Source: Ranitomeya imitator (Eukaryota). Taken from it: a DNA stretch of 64,000 nucleotides. This document shows positions 37,176 to 47,890 of the stretch, in pieces. Positions within the stretch are counted from its first letter, which is position 1, and the number at the start of each line of letters is the position of its first letter. A program made the translations under genes and the position numbers. The stretch covers positions 474,672,001-474,736,000 of the forward strand of contig NC_091282.1 in NCBI RefSeq assembly GCF_032444005.1. Direction: 5' to 3'. The notes beneath the pieces were generated by a model. That model was not told the origin of the DNA. It did not search any database and saw nothing but the letters and a program-made list of their open reading frames with translations.

Positions 37176-37899
37176 AACTGTTATGACCTGGTGATTCAGA
37201 AACACAATGGACCTGGTGGTTAAGAGCACACAAAGTGACCTGATAGTTACTAATAACATAGGACGAGCTCTGAGACGTGGGAACTCTGCTGACCGCAATC
37301 CCTAATCCTATCACACCACACTAGAGGTAGCCGTGGAGCGCTCCTGACCAGACCTAGGCGCCTCGGGCACAGCCTGAGAAACTAGCTAGCCCTGAAGATA
37401 GAAAAATAAGCCTACCTTGCCTCAGAGAAATTCCCCAAAGGAAAAGGCAGCCCCCCACATATAATGATTGTGAGTAAAGATGAAAATACAAACACAGAGA
37501 TGAAAAAGATTTTAGCAAAGTGAGGCCCGACTTACTGAATAGACCGAGGATAGGAAAGATAGCTTTGCGGTCAGCACAAAAACCTACAAACAACCACGCA
37601 GAGGGCGCAAAAAGACCCTCCGCACCGACTAACGGTACGGAGGTGCTCCCTCTGCGTCCCAGAGCTTCCAGCAAGCAAGACAAACCAATATAGCAAGCTG
37701 GACAGAAAAAATAGCAAAAAAAGTAACACAAGCAGAATTTAGCTTATGCAGGGCAGACAGGCCACAAGAACGATCCAGGAGAGAGAAAGACCAATACTGG
37801 AACGTTGACTGGAGGCTAGGAACAAAGAACTAGGTGGAGTTAAATAGAGCAGCACCAAACGACTTAACCTCGTCACCTGAGGAAGAAAACTCAGAAGCC

Positions 37900-40142
37900 T
37901 GTTGTGAATTCTGTGGTCAAGCTCCCTCCTGTGGTCATGAGTGGTACTTCGGCTGGTTCTGTCTATGAGCTTCCTCTGGTGGATGTGAGTGGGGCTGCGG
38001 CTTCTGGGTTTCCTTCCTCAGGTGACGAGGTTAAGTCGTTAGGTGCTGCTCTATTTAACTCCACCTAGTTCTTTGTTCCTGGCCTCCAGTCAATGTTCCA
38101 GTATTGGTCTTGCTCTCTCCTGGATCGTTCTTGTGGCCTGTCTGCCCTGCATAAGCTAAGTTTTGCTTGTGTTACTTTTGTTTGCTATATTTTCTGTCCA
38201 GCTTGCTATATTGGTTTTTCTTGCTTGCTGGAAGCTCTGAGACGCAGAGGGAGCACCTCCGTACCCTTAGTCGATGCGGAGGGTCTTTTTGCGCCCTCTG
38301 CGTGGTTGTTTGTAGGTTTTTGTGCTGACCGCAAAGCTATCTTTCCTATCCTCGGTCTATTCAGTAAGTCGGGCCTCACTTTACTAAAATCTATTTCATC
38401 TCTATGTTTGTATTTTCATCTTTACTCACAGTCATTATATGTGGGGGGCTGCCTTTTCCTTTGGGGAATTTCTCTGAGGCAAGGATGGGCATTGATTTGT
38501 CTTTTTCCTCGGCTTTCCATCCTCAGACAAATGGCCAGACTGAACGAACCAATCAGACCTTGGAAACATATCTGAGATGGTTTGTTTCTGCTGATCAGGA
38601 TGATTGGGTGTCCTTTTTGCCTTTGGCTGAGTTCGCCCTTAATAATCGGGCCAGCTCGGCTACTTTGGTTTCGCCGTTTTTCTGCAATTCTGGTTTCCAT
38701 CCTCGTTTCTCTTCAGGGCAGGTTGAGTCTTCTGACTGTCCTGGTGTGGATACTGTGGTGGATAGGTTGCAGCAGATTTGGACTCATGTAGTGGACAATT
38801 TGACATTGTCCCAGGAGAAGGCTCAACGTTTCGCTAACCGCAGGCGCTGTGTGGGTCCCCGACTTCGTGTTGGGGATTTGGTTTGGTTGTCATCTTGTTA
38901 TATTCCTATGAAAGTTTCCTCTCCTAAGTTTAAGCCTCGTTTCATTGGTCCGTTCTGAGGTTCTTAATCCTGTGTCTTTTTGTTTGACCCTTCCAGCTTC
39001 TTTTTTCATCCATAACGTATTCCATAGGTCATTGTTGCGGAGATACGTGGCACCTGTGGTTCCATCCGTTGATCCTCCTGCCCCGGTTTTGGTTGAGGGG
39101 GAGTTGGAGTATATAGTGGAGAAGATTTTGGATTCTCGTATTTCGAGACGGAAATTCCAGTATCTGGTTAAGTGGAAGGGTTATGGTCAGGAAGAGAATT
39201 CCTGGGTCTTTGCCTCTGATGTTCATGCTGCCGATCTGGTTCGTGCCTTTCATTTGGCTTATCCTGGTCGGCCTGGGGGCTCTGGTGAGGGTTCGGTGAC
39301 CCCTCCTCAAGGGGGGGTACTGTTGTGAATTCTGTGGTCAAGCTCCCTCCTGTGGTCATGAGTGGTACTTCGGCAGGTTCTGTCTATGAGCTTCCTCTGG
39401 TGGATGTGAGTGGGGCTGCGGCTTCTGGGTTTCCTTCCTCAGGTGACGAGGTTAAGTCGTTAGGTGCTGCTCTATTTAACTCCACCTAGTTCTTTGTTCC
39501 TGGCCTCCAGTCAATGTTCCAGTATTGGTCTTGCTCTCTCCTGGATCGTTCTTGTGGCCTGTCTGCCCTGCATAAGCTAAGTTTTGCTTGTGTTACTTTT
39601 GTTTGCTATATTTTCTGTCCAGCTTGCTATATTGGTTTTTCTTGCTTGCTGGAAGCTCTGAGACGCAGAGGGAGCACCTCCGTACCGTTAGTCGGTGCGG
39701 AGGGTCTTTTTGCGCCCTCTGCGTGGTTGTTTGTAGGTTTTTGTGCTGACCGCAAAGCTATCTTTCCTATCCTCGGTTTATTCAGTAAGTCGGGCCTCAC
39801 TTTGCTAAAATCTATTTCATCTCTATGTTTGTATTTTCATCTTTACTCACAGTCATTATATGTGGGGGGGCTGCCTTTTCCTTTGGGGAATTTCTCTGAG
39901 GCAAGGTAGGCTTATTTTTCTATCTTCAGGGCTAGCTAGTTTCTGAGGCTGTGCCCGAGGCGCCTAGGTCTGGTCAGGAGCGCTCCACGGCTACCTCTAG
40001 TGTGGTATGATAGGATTAGGGATTGCGGTCAGCAGAGTTCCCACGTCTCAGAGCTCGTCCTATGTTATTAGTAACTATCAGGTCACCTTGTGTGCTCTTA
40101 ATCACTAGGTCCATTGTGGTTCTGAATCACCAGTTCATAACA
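37900..40142 (+). mobile_element. Gypsy chromovirus D, 2.24-kb deletion derivative nested in the 5' LTR of C
   Basis: 5' LTR to ~38483 fused to the integrase C-terminus; PPT 39301-20; 3' LTR 39321-40142; TSD GAAGCC at 37894-99 and 40143-48. Confidence 0.93.
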
Positions 40143-40896
40143 GAAGCCGCAGCCCCACTCACATCCACCAGAGGAAGCTCATGGACAGAACCAGCCGAAG
40201 TACCACTCATGACCACAAGAGGGAGCTTGACCACAGAATTCACAACAGGTATATAGCTTTGCAGGACTCTTTAGTCCCTGCCAGTTGTCCATTTTTCCTT
40301 TGGAAGTGTTGTTCCTGGCTGGCCTCTCCTGCTTGCTGCCAATTCAGCAAAGTTAAGTGTTTGCTTCATTTTGTTTTGGACACACTGCTGTGTGTTTATT
40401 TTCTGTGTTATCTTGTTTCTATTTTGTTCCTGCTAGACTGTGCCTGATGTTTTTCTCAGTTTAGTTGGATTCGCTGGAGTCGCAGATATACTCTCTACAT
40501 CTTTAGTTAGGTGGTGGAGTTTTTGTATTTTTCTGCTGTGGATATTTTGTAGTGTTTTATGCTGACCGCATAGTATCCTGTACTTTCCTTTCCTTTCTAG
40601 GTAGAAGTGGCCTCCTTTGCTTATCCCTGCGTGTGTCTTTTCCTCTCCTACTCACAGTCATTATTTGTGGGGGGCTGTCTATCCTTTGGGGGTCTACTCT
40701 GAGGCAAGAGAGTTTTCCTATTTCCATCTTTAGGGATATTTAGTTCTCCGGCTGTGTCGAGGTGTCTAGGTCTGGTTAGGCACACCCCACGGCTACTTCT
40801 AGTTGCAGTGATAGGATCAGGGTTTGCGGTCAGTATTGTTACCACTGCTCCAGCAAAGGTCATTTCATGCTGCTCCAAGGCCACCTGATCATAACA

Positions 40897-42758
40897 CAGC
40901 CCCAGGAACAAGTTGGCATACGACGGTGCGAAAGAGGCACCCATTGCGGTGCCCTGGAGCTGTAGGAAGAAGGGCCCCTTAAAATCAAAAAAATTATGAG
41001 TTAAAGAAAATTCAAGGAGCTCAAGGAGAAGGCGGATGATACCTCCCGGTAAGCTTGACCTTTCAAGGAAATATCTGGTTGCTGCTAGGCCATCACCATG
41101 TTTGATACTGGTGTAGAGAGATTCTATGTCTCCTGTGACCATCAGCATGTCATCATCCAAATGGAGGCCATCCACTCTCTTCAAGAACTCACCAGTATCA
41201 AGTACGAAGGAGGGAAGATTCTCAACCAATGGTTTTAATTTAGAATCAATCCAACGATTGATATTCTCCAAGAAGTTCCCTGACCCAGATATGATCGGAC
41301 GCCCTGGGGGACACTCCAAATTCTTGTGAATTTTGGGTAACAAATACATGGTAGAAATCATGGGTTCCTGAACCTGGAGTGCCGTTGCAAGATCTTTAGT
41401 AATAACCCCATCAACCACTGCAGTATTCAGGATTTTCACTAATTGGCTAGTAAATGATGAAAGGGGGTTATATGTGAGGCGTGTATAGCAAGACTTGTTG
41501 TTAAGTTGTCTCATTGCTTGTTTCTCATAGAGAGCTGTAGGCCAAACCACAATATTACCCCCTTTATCAGCAGGTTTAAATACCACCTCAGGGAGAGCCC
41601 CCAGGACGTCCAATCTAGCACGCTCATCCCTGGTCAGGTTGTCACGGACGATCCCCCCCGTAATATGGAGAAAATCCTTCTAGACAACCCGAACAAAGAG
41701 ATCAATGCTAGGGCAGGTGGCAAGGGGGGGGAACTTCTTGGATTTAATTCTTATAGATGGTGGAATCTTACCTCCTTCGCCTAATTGATGCTCAGCATGT
41801 AGGTCCTCCAGATCCTGGAGGGCTAGTTGTTCTTCCTCTGTGGGGAACAAAGAATGTAGTTGTGGATCAAAAAAATATCTTTTAAAAAGAAGGGACCTAG
41901 CAAATAGATGAAGGTCTTTAGTTGCAGTGAAAGCATCAAAGCGAGATTTTGGGGAAAAGGTAAGCCCTTTACCAAGAAGTGAGAGATCGCTATCAGTGAG
42001 GGCATGAGAGCTCAAATTAATTACCTTTTTGTTATCGTTCTTGCGGTCAGATGACCTATACTGGTTTCATCTGTATGGATGGAAGTTAGCATCTCTAATA
42101 CGGTTAGGACGAGACCCAGATCGAGTGCCAGAACGAGTTGTCATTGATGAATTAGACCATTCAGATGAATCACTAATATTAGATAGAGAATTCAATGACG
42201 GGGTACGAGATGACCTCACATTCTGTGCATTAGATATTCTCCAAAGATACACATTTTTGTTGGTAAAATCTTTAACATCCCTTTGCATCTTAGTACTTTG
42301 TGTGTCATGGATCTTCTTAACACAGGAATCAAGGCTCTTTTCAATCTGCAACTCGAAAACAGCCATCTTGTCTGGCAAGGAATCACTTCTAAGATTTTTT
42401 AGAGCTTCATCTATGGACTGGTCAAAGTTGTTGATTTTCTTAGTATTTAAATCCACCAACAGCTGCATGAGTGTAAAAGAGCAATTACTGCACGCCTCCT
42501 CCCACCGCAATATAAAGTCCTCATCCTCAACAGGAAATACAGTACACGCAAACCACGGGGAATAAGTTTGCGAGAAATATACTTCTCCAGAAAGGCACGA
42601 TTCCACCATAACTTGGTGCGTTGTAATAGCATTTTTTCAATATCAAAAGCTTGTTTGTCCCAAGTATGGTCAGCTGATGATTGAGGTTCACCCCCTCCAA
42701 CTCCAAATACCTGGTCGATGGTACCAAGCCAGGCTTTATCCCTGGCACGAAAGTCCAT
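40897..42758 (-). pseudogene. PLE ORF 5' part (N-terminal domain and RT), frameshifted
   Basis: MDFRARDKAWL start at 42758; LLGKGLTFSP; KPADKGGNIVV; YLLPKIHK; GDIESLYT; QGTAMGASFAPSYANLF; rejoins LWER across the Gypsy nest. Confidence 0.9.
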
Positions 42759-42978
42759 GATCACAAGGGACACAAGACCTGTGCATAACACAGCAAACGT
42801 AAATTCAACAAACCTTATGAAAACAAACATCACACTAGTAAATAAATAGGATGAAAATATCCTGTGATGTCAATAGACATAGACTGCAAAAATGTCGCAC
42901 ATAAAATGAGCAACAAAGAAAAAACCACGACAAAAAATTCCAATAAAGATAATAATTAGCAAAAAATGATTTTATTAA

Positions 42979-44257
42979 CCCCTTTCTGACCTCGGACGGG
43001 ATAGTACGTCCGAGGTCAGATCCCCTGCTTTGATGCAGGGCTCCGCGGTGAGCCCGCATCAAAGCCAGGACATGTCAGCTGTTTTGGACAGCTGACATGT
43101 GCCCGTAATATGCGCGGGCAGAATCGCGATGAGCCCGCACCTATTAACTAGTTAAATGCCGCTGTCAATCGCAGACAGCGGCATTTAACTACCATTTCCG
43201 GCCGGGCGGCCGGAAATGACGTCATCGCCGACCCTCGTCACATGATCGGGGGTCGGCGATGCTTCAGAATAGTAACCATAGAGGTCCTTGAGACCTCTAT
43301 GGTTACTGATCCTCGGCAGCTGTGAGCGCCACCTTGTGGTCGGCGCTCACAGCACACCTGCAATTCTGCTACATAGCAGCGATCTGATGATCGCTGCTAT
43401 GTAGCAGAGCCGATCGTGCTATGCCTGCTTCTAGCCTCCCATGGAGGCTATTGAAGCATGGCAAAAGTTAAAAAAAAAGTTAAAAAAATGTGAAAAAAAT
43501 AAAAAAAATATAAAAGTTTAAATCACCCCCCTTTCGCCCCAATCAAAATAAATGAATTAAAAAAAAATCAAATGTGCGCATATTTGGTATCGCCGTGCTC
43601 AGAAACGCCCGGTCTATCAAATAAAAAAAAGCATTAACCTGATAACTAAACGGCGTAGCGAGAAAAAAATGCGAAACGCCAGAATTACATTTTTTTGGTC
43701 GCAGCGACATTGCATTAAAATGCAATAACGGGCGATCAAAAGAATGTAACTGCACCAAAATGCTATCATTAAAAACGTCATCTTGGCACGCAAAAAATAA
43801 GCCCTCAACCGACCCCAGATCATAAAAAATGGAGACGCTACGGGTATCGGAAAATGGCGCAATTTTTTTTTTTTTTTTAGCAAAGTTTGGATTTTTTTTT
43901 CACCACTTAGGTAAAAAATAACCTAGTCATGTTAGGTGTCTATGAACTCGTACTAACCTGGAGAATCATAATGGCAGGTCAGTTTTAGCATTTAGTCAAC
44001 CTAGCAAAAAAGCCAAACAAAAAACAAGTGTGGGATTGCACTTTTTTTGCAATTTCACCGCACTTGGAATTTTTTTCCCATTTTCTAGTACACGACATGC
44101 TAAAACCAATGATGTCGTTCAAAAGTACAACTCGTCCTGCAAAAAATAAGCCCTCACTTGGCCAAATTGACGAAAAAATAAAAAAGTTATGGCTCTGGGA
44201 AGGAGAGGAGTGAAAAACGAACACGGAAAAACGAAAAATCCCAAGGTCATGAAGGGG
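42979..44257. mobile_element. Non-autonomous piggyBac-like element
   Basis: TTAA|CCCCTT ... AAGGGG|TTAA; the paralogous repeat has a single TTAA at ~21918; no transposase ORF. Confidence 0.88.
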
Positions 44258-44538
44258 TTAAAGTGACCAGGTACAGATGACATGAGAGGAAAAGAGGAGG
44301 GGGAGGAAGAGAGAGAAATAGACCCTCTCACACATGTCAGAGTAAAAACACTCACAGAAAAATATAACATTCCAAAAGGGTACATGGGTATGAACTATTA
44401 TAAGAAGAAGTGGCCATTATTGCACATTAACCCATATAGCCTAAAGAAGAAAACCGGCACTCCTATATACCAAATAAGAATTTAGCCAAAATAGGCTGTT
44501 ATAATTACCGATGGTGCCGGGGGTATAGCTGTGAGCGT

Positions 44539-44584
44539 CCTTCCCGACGCGCGTTTCGGCGGTGTAGCCTTTCTCAAGGGATGG
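44539..44584 (-). ncRNA. Minimal type I hammerhead ribozyme in the upstream PLE repeat
   Basis: Minus strand CCATCCC-TTGAGAAA-GGC TACACC GCC-GAAA-CGCGCG-TC|GGGAAGG; GUC site between 44546 and 44545; U3-A8 pair; palindromic helix III. Confidence 0.75.
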
Positions 44585-46351
44585 TGACAAAAGGGGAAGT
44601 GCGTGTATAAAAAGCCCCCCGGACCAATCAAATTCAACATGCACTGTTAGGATCATTAGCCACAGGTGCACACCGTGTAACACTGCACACTTCCGGTATC
44701 GCTTGATACCACGACCGCTTCCTGTGACGCATGCGGTGCCATGGCAACAGGACGCCTCGGCGGCGTCACGCACCGCGTGACAGGATGTCACGTGACCGTA
44801 GTCATGGTGCGAAGAGACGCCGCAAGCCGACGAGGGAGTCGGGGCCATGGCACGCATGCGTACTGCAGTACTAGCGAGTGATGGCAAGCAGAGAGCTCTT
44901 AATATACAAAGTATTACCTTAAAGCGGCTGCTGCATAGAGCAATGTATAAAGGTAAACGAGGGCATATATACCCCCCATATCGTGCAAACACCCGGAAAT
45001 ATGCAGATATATTTACAAAGATAAAGCACAAATAATAATAAGGAACATCAATCAGACATATTAAACAAACATATATATGTATATAGGCATGTATATAACA
45101 AAAACAACTACCATAGTTGCATATAGAATACTAGGAGACACATATACATAAATAAGGACATAAATGTCATTAATCTCCATAAGATGTCATCTCCTTCGTA
45201 AGTCCATAAGTTATTTGAATGCTGATGATACTTGTGGTGGCATTTAAAAGATCGGCATATAATGGCGTAGATGCGAGACAGATATTCTACATTCTGCATG
45301 AATCGCCATAAATAGGAAGAGGCTAGAGGGGCTGAATAAAAACAAAATATTAAAACCAAGAACAGAAACACATGCCCTCAATACATCAGCTGAGATTTAA
45401 AGGAATGGTACAAAACTTATATTTTCATTTAATCCTTTCGGATGGACCGTATCTAATGTCCAGATCCATCTGGTTTCTTTTTGTGCCAGTCTGGAGCTAA
45501 CTTTCCCACCCCGGATCCCTGGATCAATGGTATCAATCCCTCTCACTCTAAGTGTGGTACTGTCACTATTGTGGAATAGTTTGAAATGACGTGGCAGAGT
45601 GCGAAGCGTGGATGTGTCGTCATGGCCGGCGGCCGCCTGAATGCCAAGTACATGCTCACGCACGCGCACTTTAAGTTGCCGTGTCGTGAGCCCTATATAA
45701 ATGAGATTGCATGGACATGTAGCAAAGGAAATCACATTACGGGTGTTACATGTAATGTGTTTTCTAATCTCATACTGTATGTTCTTGCTCCTGAAGAGTT
45801 AGTAAAAGTATCAATGCAATCAACATTAGGTCAGACGACACACCGGCCACAAGGCGCACATCCACGCCTAGGACCTCTGCCATCAATAAAGTTAAATCTG
45901 GAATCCACTTGATAGTGACTTCTAACCAAACAGTCCTTGAGATTCTTGAACCGCCTAATAACCACACTCGGAGTGTCAGGGAGGATCTTTTTGAGGATTG
46001 GATCTGTTTGTAATATAGGCCATGATTTCTCAAGACATTGTTTTATACGAGAGAATTGGGCATGATAGTTCGTAATGAACCGTATCTTATTAGATTTATT
46101 TTTATCTTACTACTAAGGTTAGTCCAGTTAAAATACGGTTTGACCCGGAACAAATTCCAAGAAAGCGTTTTATGATTTTTTTATTACTATTATATGTGGG
46201 GAACAACATATTAAAAGTTTTCCAAAAATTGATCACCACAAAGGTCCTAACTATGACGTCCAAGACGATGACAGCCATCGCACTAAAAATAACAAATATT
46301 TCCCTTTTTCAAAGCTGTAGCTTTAGGTTATAGAAGAGTTTGCATTTTGTA

Positions 46352-47716
46352 TCTACTATATAATTGTCTAAGGGTCACTTCCATCTTTCTGTCCTTCTGT
46401 TTGTCTGTCTTTCTGTCTGTCACGGATATTCATTGGTCGCGGCCTCTGTCTGTCATGGAATCCAAGTCGCTGATTGGTCTCGCCAGCTGCCTGTCATGGC
46501 TGCCGCGACTAATCAGCGATGGCCACAGACCAGCGGAAAAATGGCCGCTCCTTCCTCTCCGCAGTCAGTGACCGCTCCGTACTCCCCTCCAGTCAGGGCT
46601 CACACAGGGTTAATGGCAGCGTTGACCGCAGTGTAACGCACTCGGTTAACGCTGCAATTAACCCTGTGCGACCAACTTTTTACTATTCATGCTGCCTATG
46701 CAGCATGAATAGTAAAAAGATATAATGTTAAAAATATTATAAAAATAAAAAATAGCTACATACTCACCTTCCGGAGCTCCCGGATCGAAGCAGCCGGTTA
46801 CCGATGTTCCTCGCGACTCCCCGGTGACCGCTCCATGCATTGCGGTCTCGCGAGATAATGACGTGCGGTCTCGCGAGACCGCTACGTCATCATCTCGCGA
46901 GACTGCAATGCACTCTTCTGACCGGAGCGCGTGAGGAGCACCGATAACCAGCCACTTCGATCCGCTCCGGAAGGTGAGTATGTAACAATTTTTTATTTTA
47001 ATTCTTTTTTTAAACAGGGATATGGTGCATACTATGTGACTGGCCAATATGCTACATGACTGGCCAATATACTACGTGACTGGGCAGTATACTACGTGGC
47101 TTTGTGCTGTATACTACGTGAGTGGGCAATATACTATATGGCTGGGCAATATACTATGTGGCTGGGCAATATACTATGTGGCTGGGCAATATATTATGTG
47201 GCTGGGCAATATACTACGTGACTGGGCAATAAACTATGTGGCTGGGCAATATACTACGTCGCTGGGCAGTATACTACGTGGCTCTGTGCGGTGTACTACG
47301 TGACTGGGCAATATACTATGTGGCTCGGCAATATACTATGTGGCTGGGCAATATACTACGTGGCTGGGCAATATACTACATCACTGGGTAATATACTATG
47401 TAACTGGGCAATATACTACGTGACTGGGCAATATACTACGTGAGTGGGCAATATACTACGTCACTGGGCAATATACTACGTGGCTGGGCAATATACTACA
47501 TGGCTGGGCAATATACTAGGTGGCTGGGCAATATACTGTGTGGCTCCGTGCTGTATACTACGTCACTGGGCAATATACTACGTAACTGGGCAATATACTA
47601 CGTAACTGGGCAATATGCTACGTGGCAGGGCAATATACTACGTGGGCTGTGCAATATACTACGTGGACATGCATATTCTAGAATACCTGATGCGTTAGAA
47701 TCAGGCCACCATCTAG
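46352..47716 (+). mobile_element. Non-autonomous Helitron inserted into Academ
   Basis: A|TC start; hairpin CCTGAT-GCGTTAGA-ATCAGG at 47686-47705; CTAG|T end; ~20-bp minisatellite at 47030-47665. Confidence 0.9.
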
Positions 47717-47890
47717 TACTATATATTTTCATATAACAATTTTTATACAAAGTTTTATACTAACTAAATGGACAGGCGAGGTCATGACGTCATCAATGAC
47801 GTCATGACATATATGTACATTTCTAGAAATTATAGAATTAATACACAGTGCATTTGAAGATCTACTTCATCACTGAATAAGCGTGTCAGG

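Larger units (their letters stand above)
32176..40247 (-). mobile_element. Gypsy chromovirus C, full length, nested in the 3' LTR of B
   Basis: 3' LTR 32176-32996; 5' LTR 37179-37899 plus 40149-40247; TSD GGTATA at 32170-75 and 40248-53. Confidence 0.94.
28361..40896 (+). mobile_element. Gypsy chromovirus B (distinct LTR family), internally deleted; hosts C and D in its 3' LTR
   Basis: 5' LTR from 28361 fused to pol near 28955; PPT 32041-60; 3' LTR 32061-32175 plus 40254-40896; TSD CAGCCC at 28355-60 and 40897-902. Confidence 0.92.
21746..46107 (-). mobile_element. Penelope-like element (Neptune-type), partial tandem, ~6.4 kb after removing nested insertions
   Basis: 14-bp TSD TACTACTAAGGTTA at 21732-21745 and 46108-46121; ~2-kb direct repeat (21746-23722 vs 42803-46104); RT plus Cys-rich linker plus GIY-YIG. 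Confidence 0.92.

Noticed and set aside
25067-39909. Long antisense and alternative-frame ORFs up to 259 aa over the Gypsy elements
   Set aside because: They are shadows of pol codon bias or LTR sequence, with different stops in each copy.
24234-40900. One 16.7-kb insertion with a 4-bp CAGC TSD and inverted LTR ends
   Set aside because: It resolves into elements A and B, each with its own 6-bp TSD, once the CACAGCCC spacer at 28353-60 is included.
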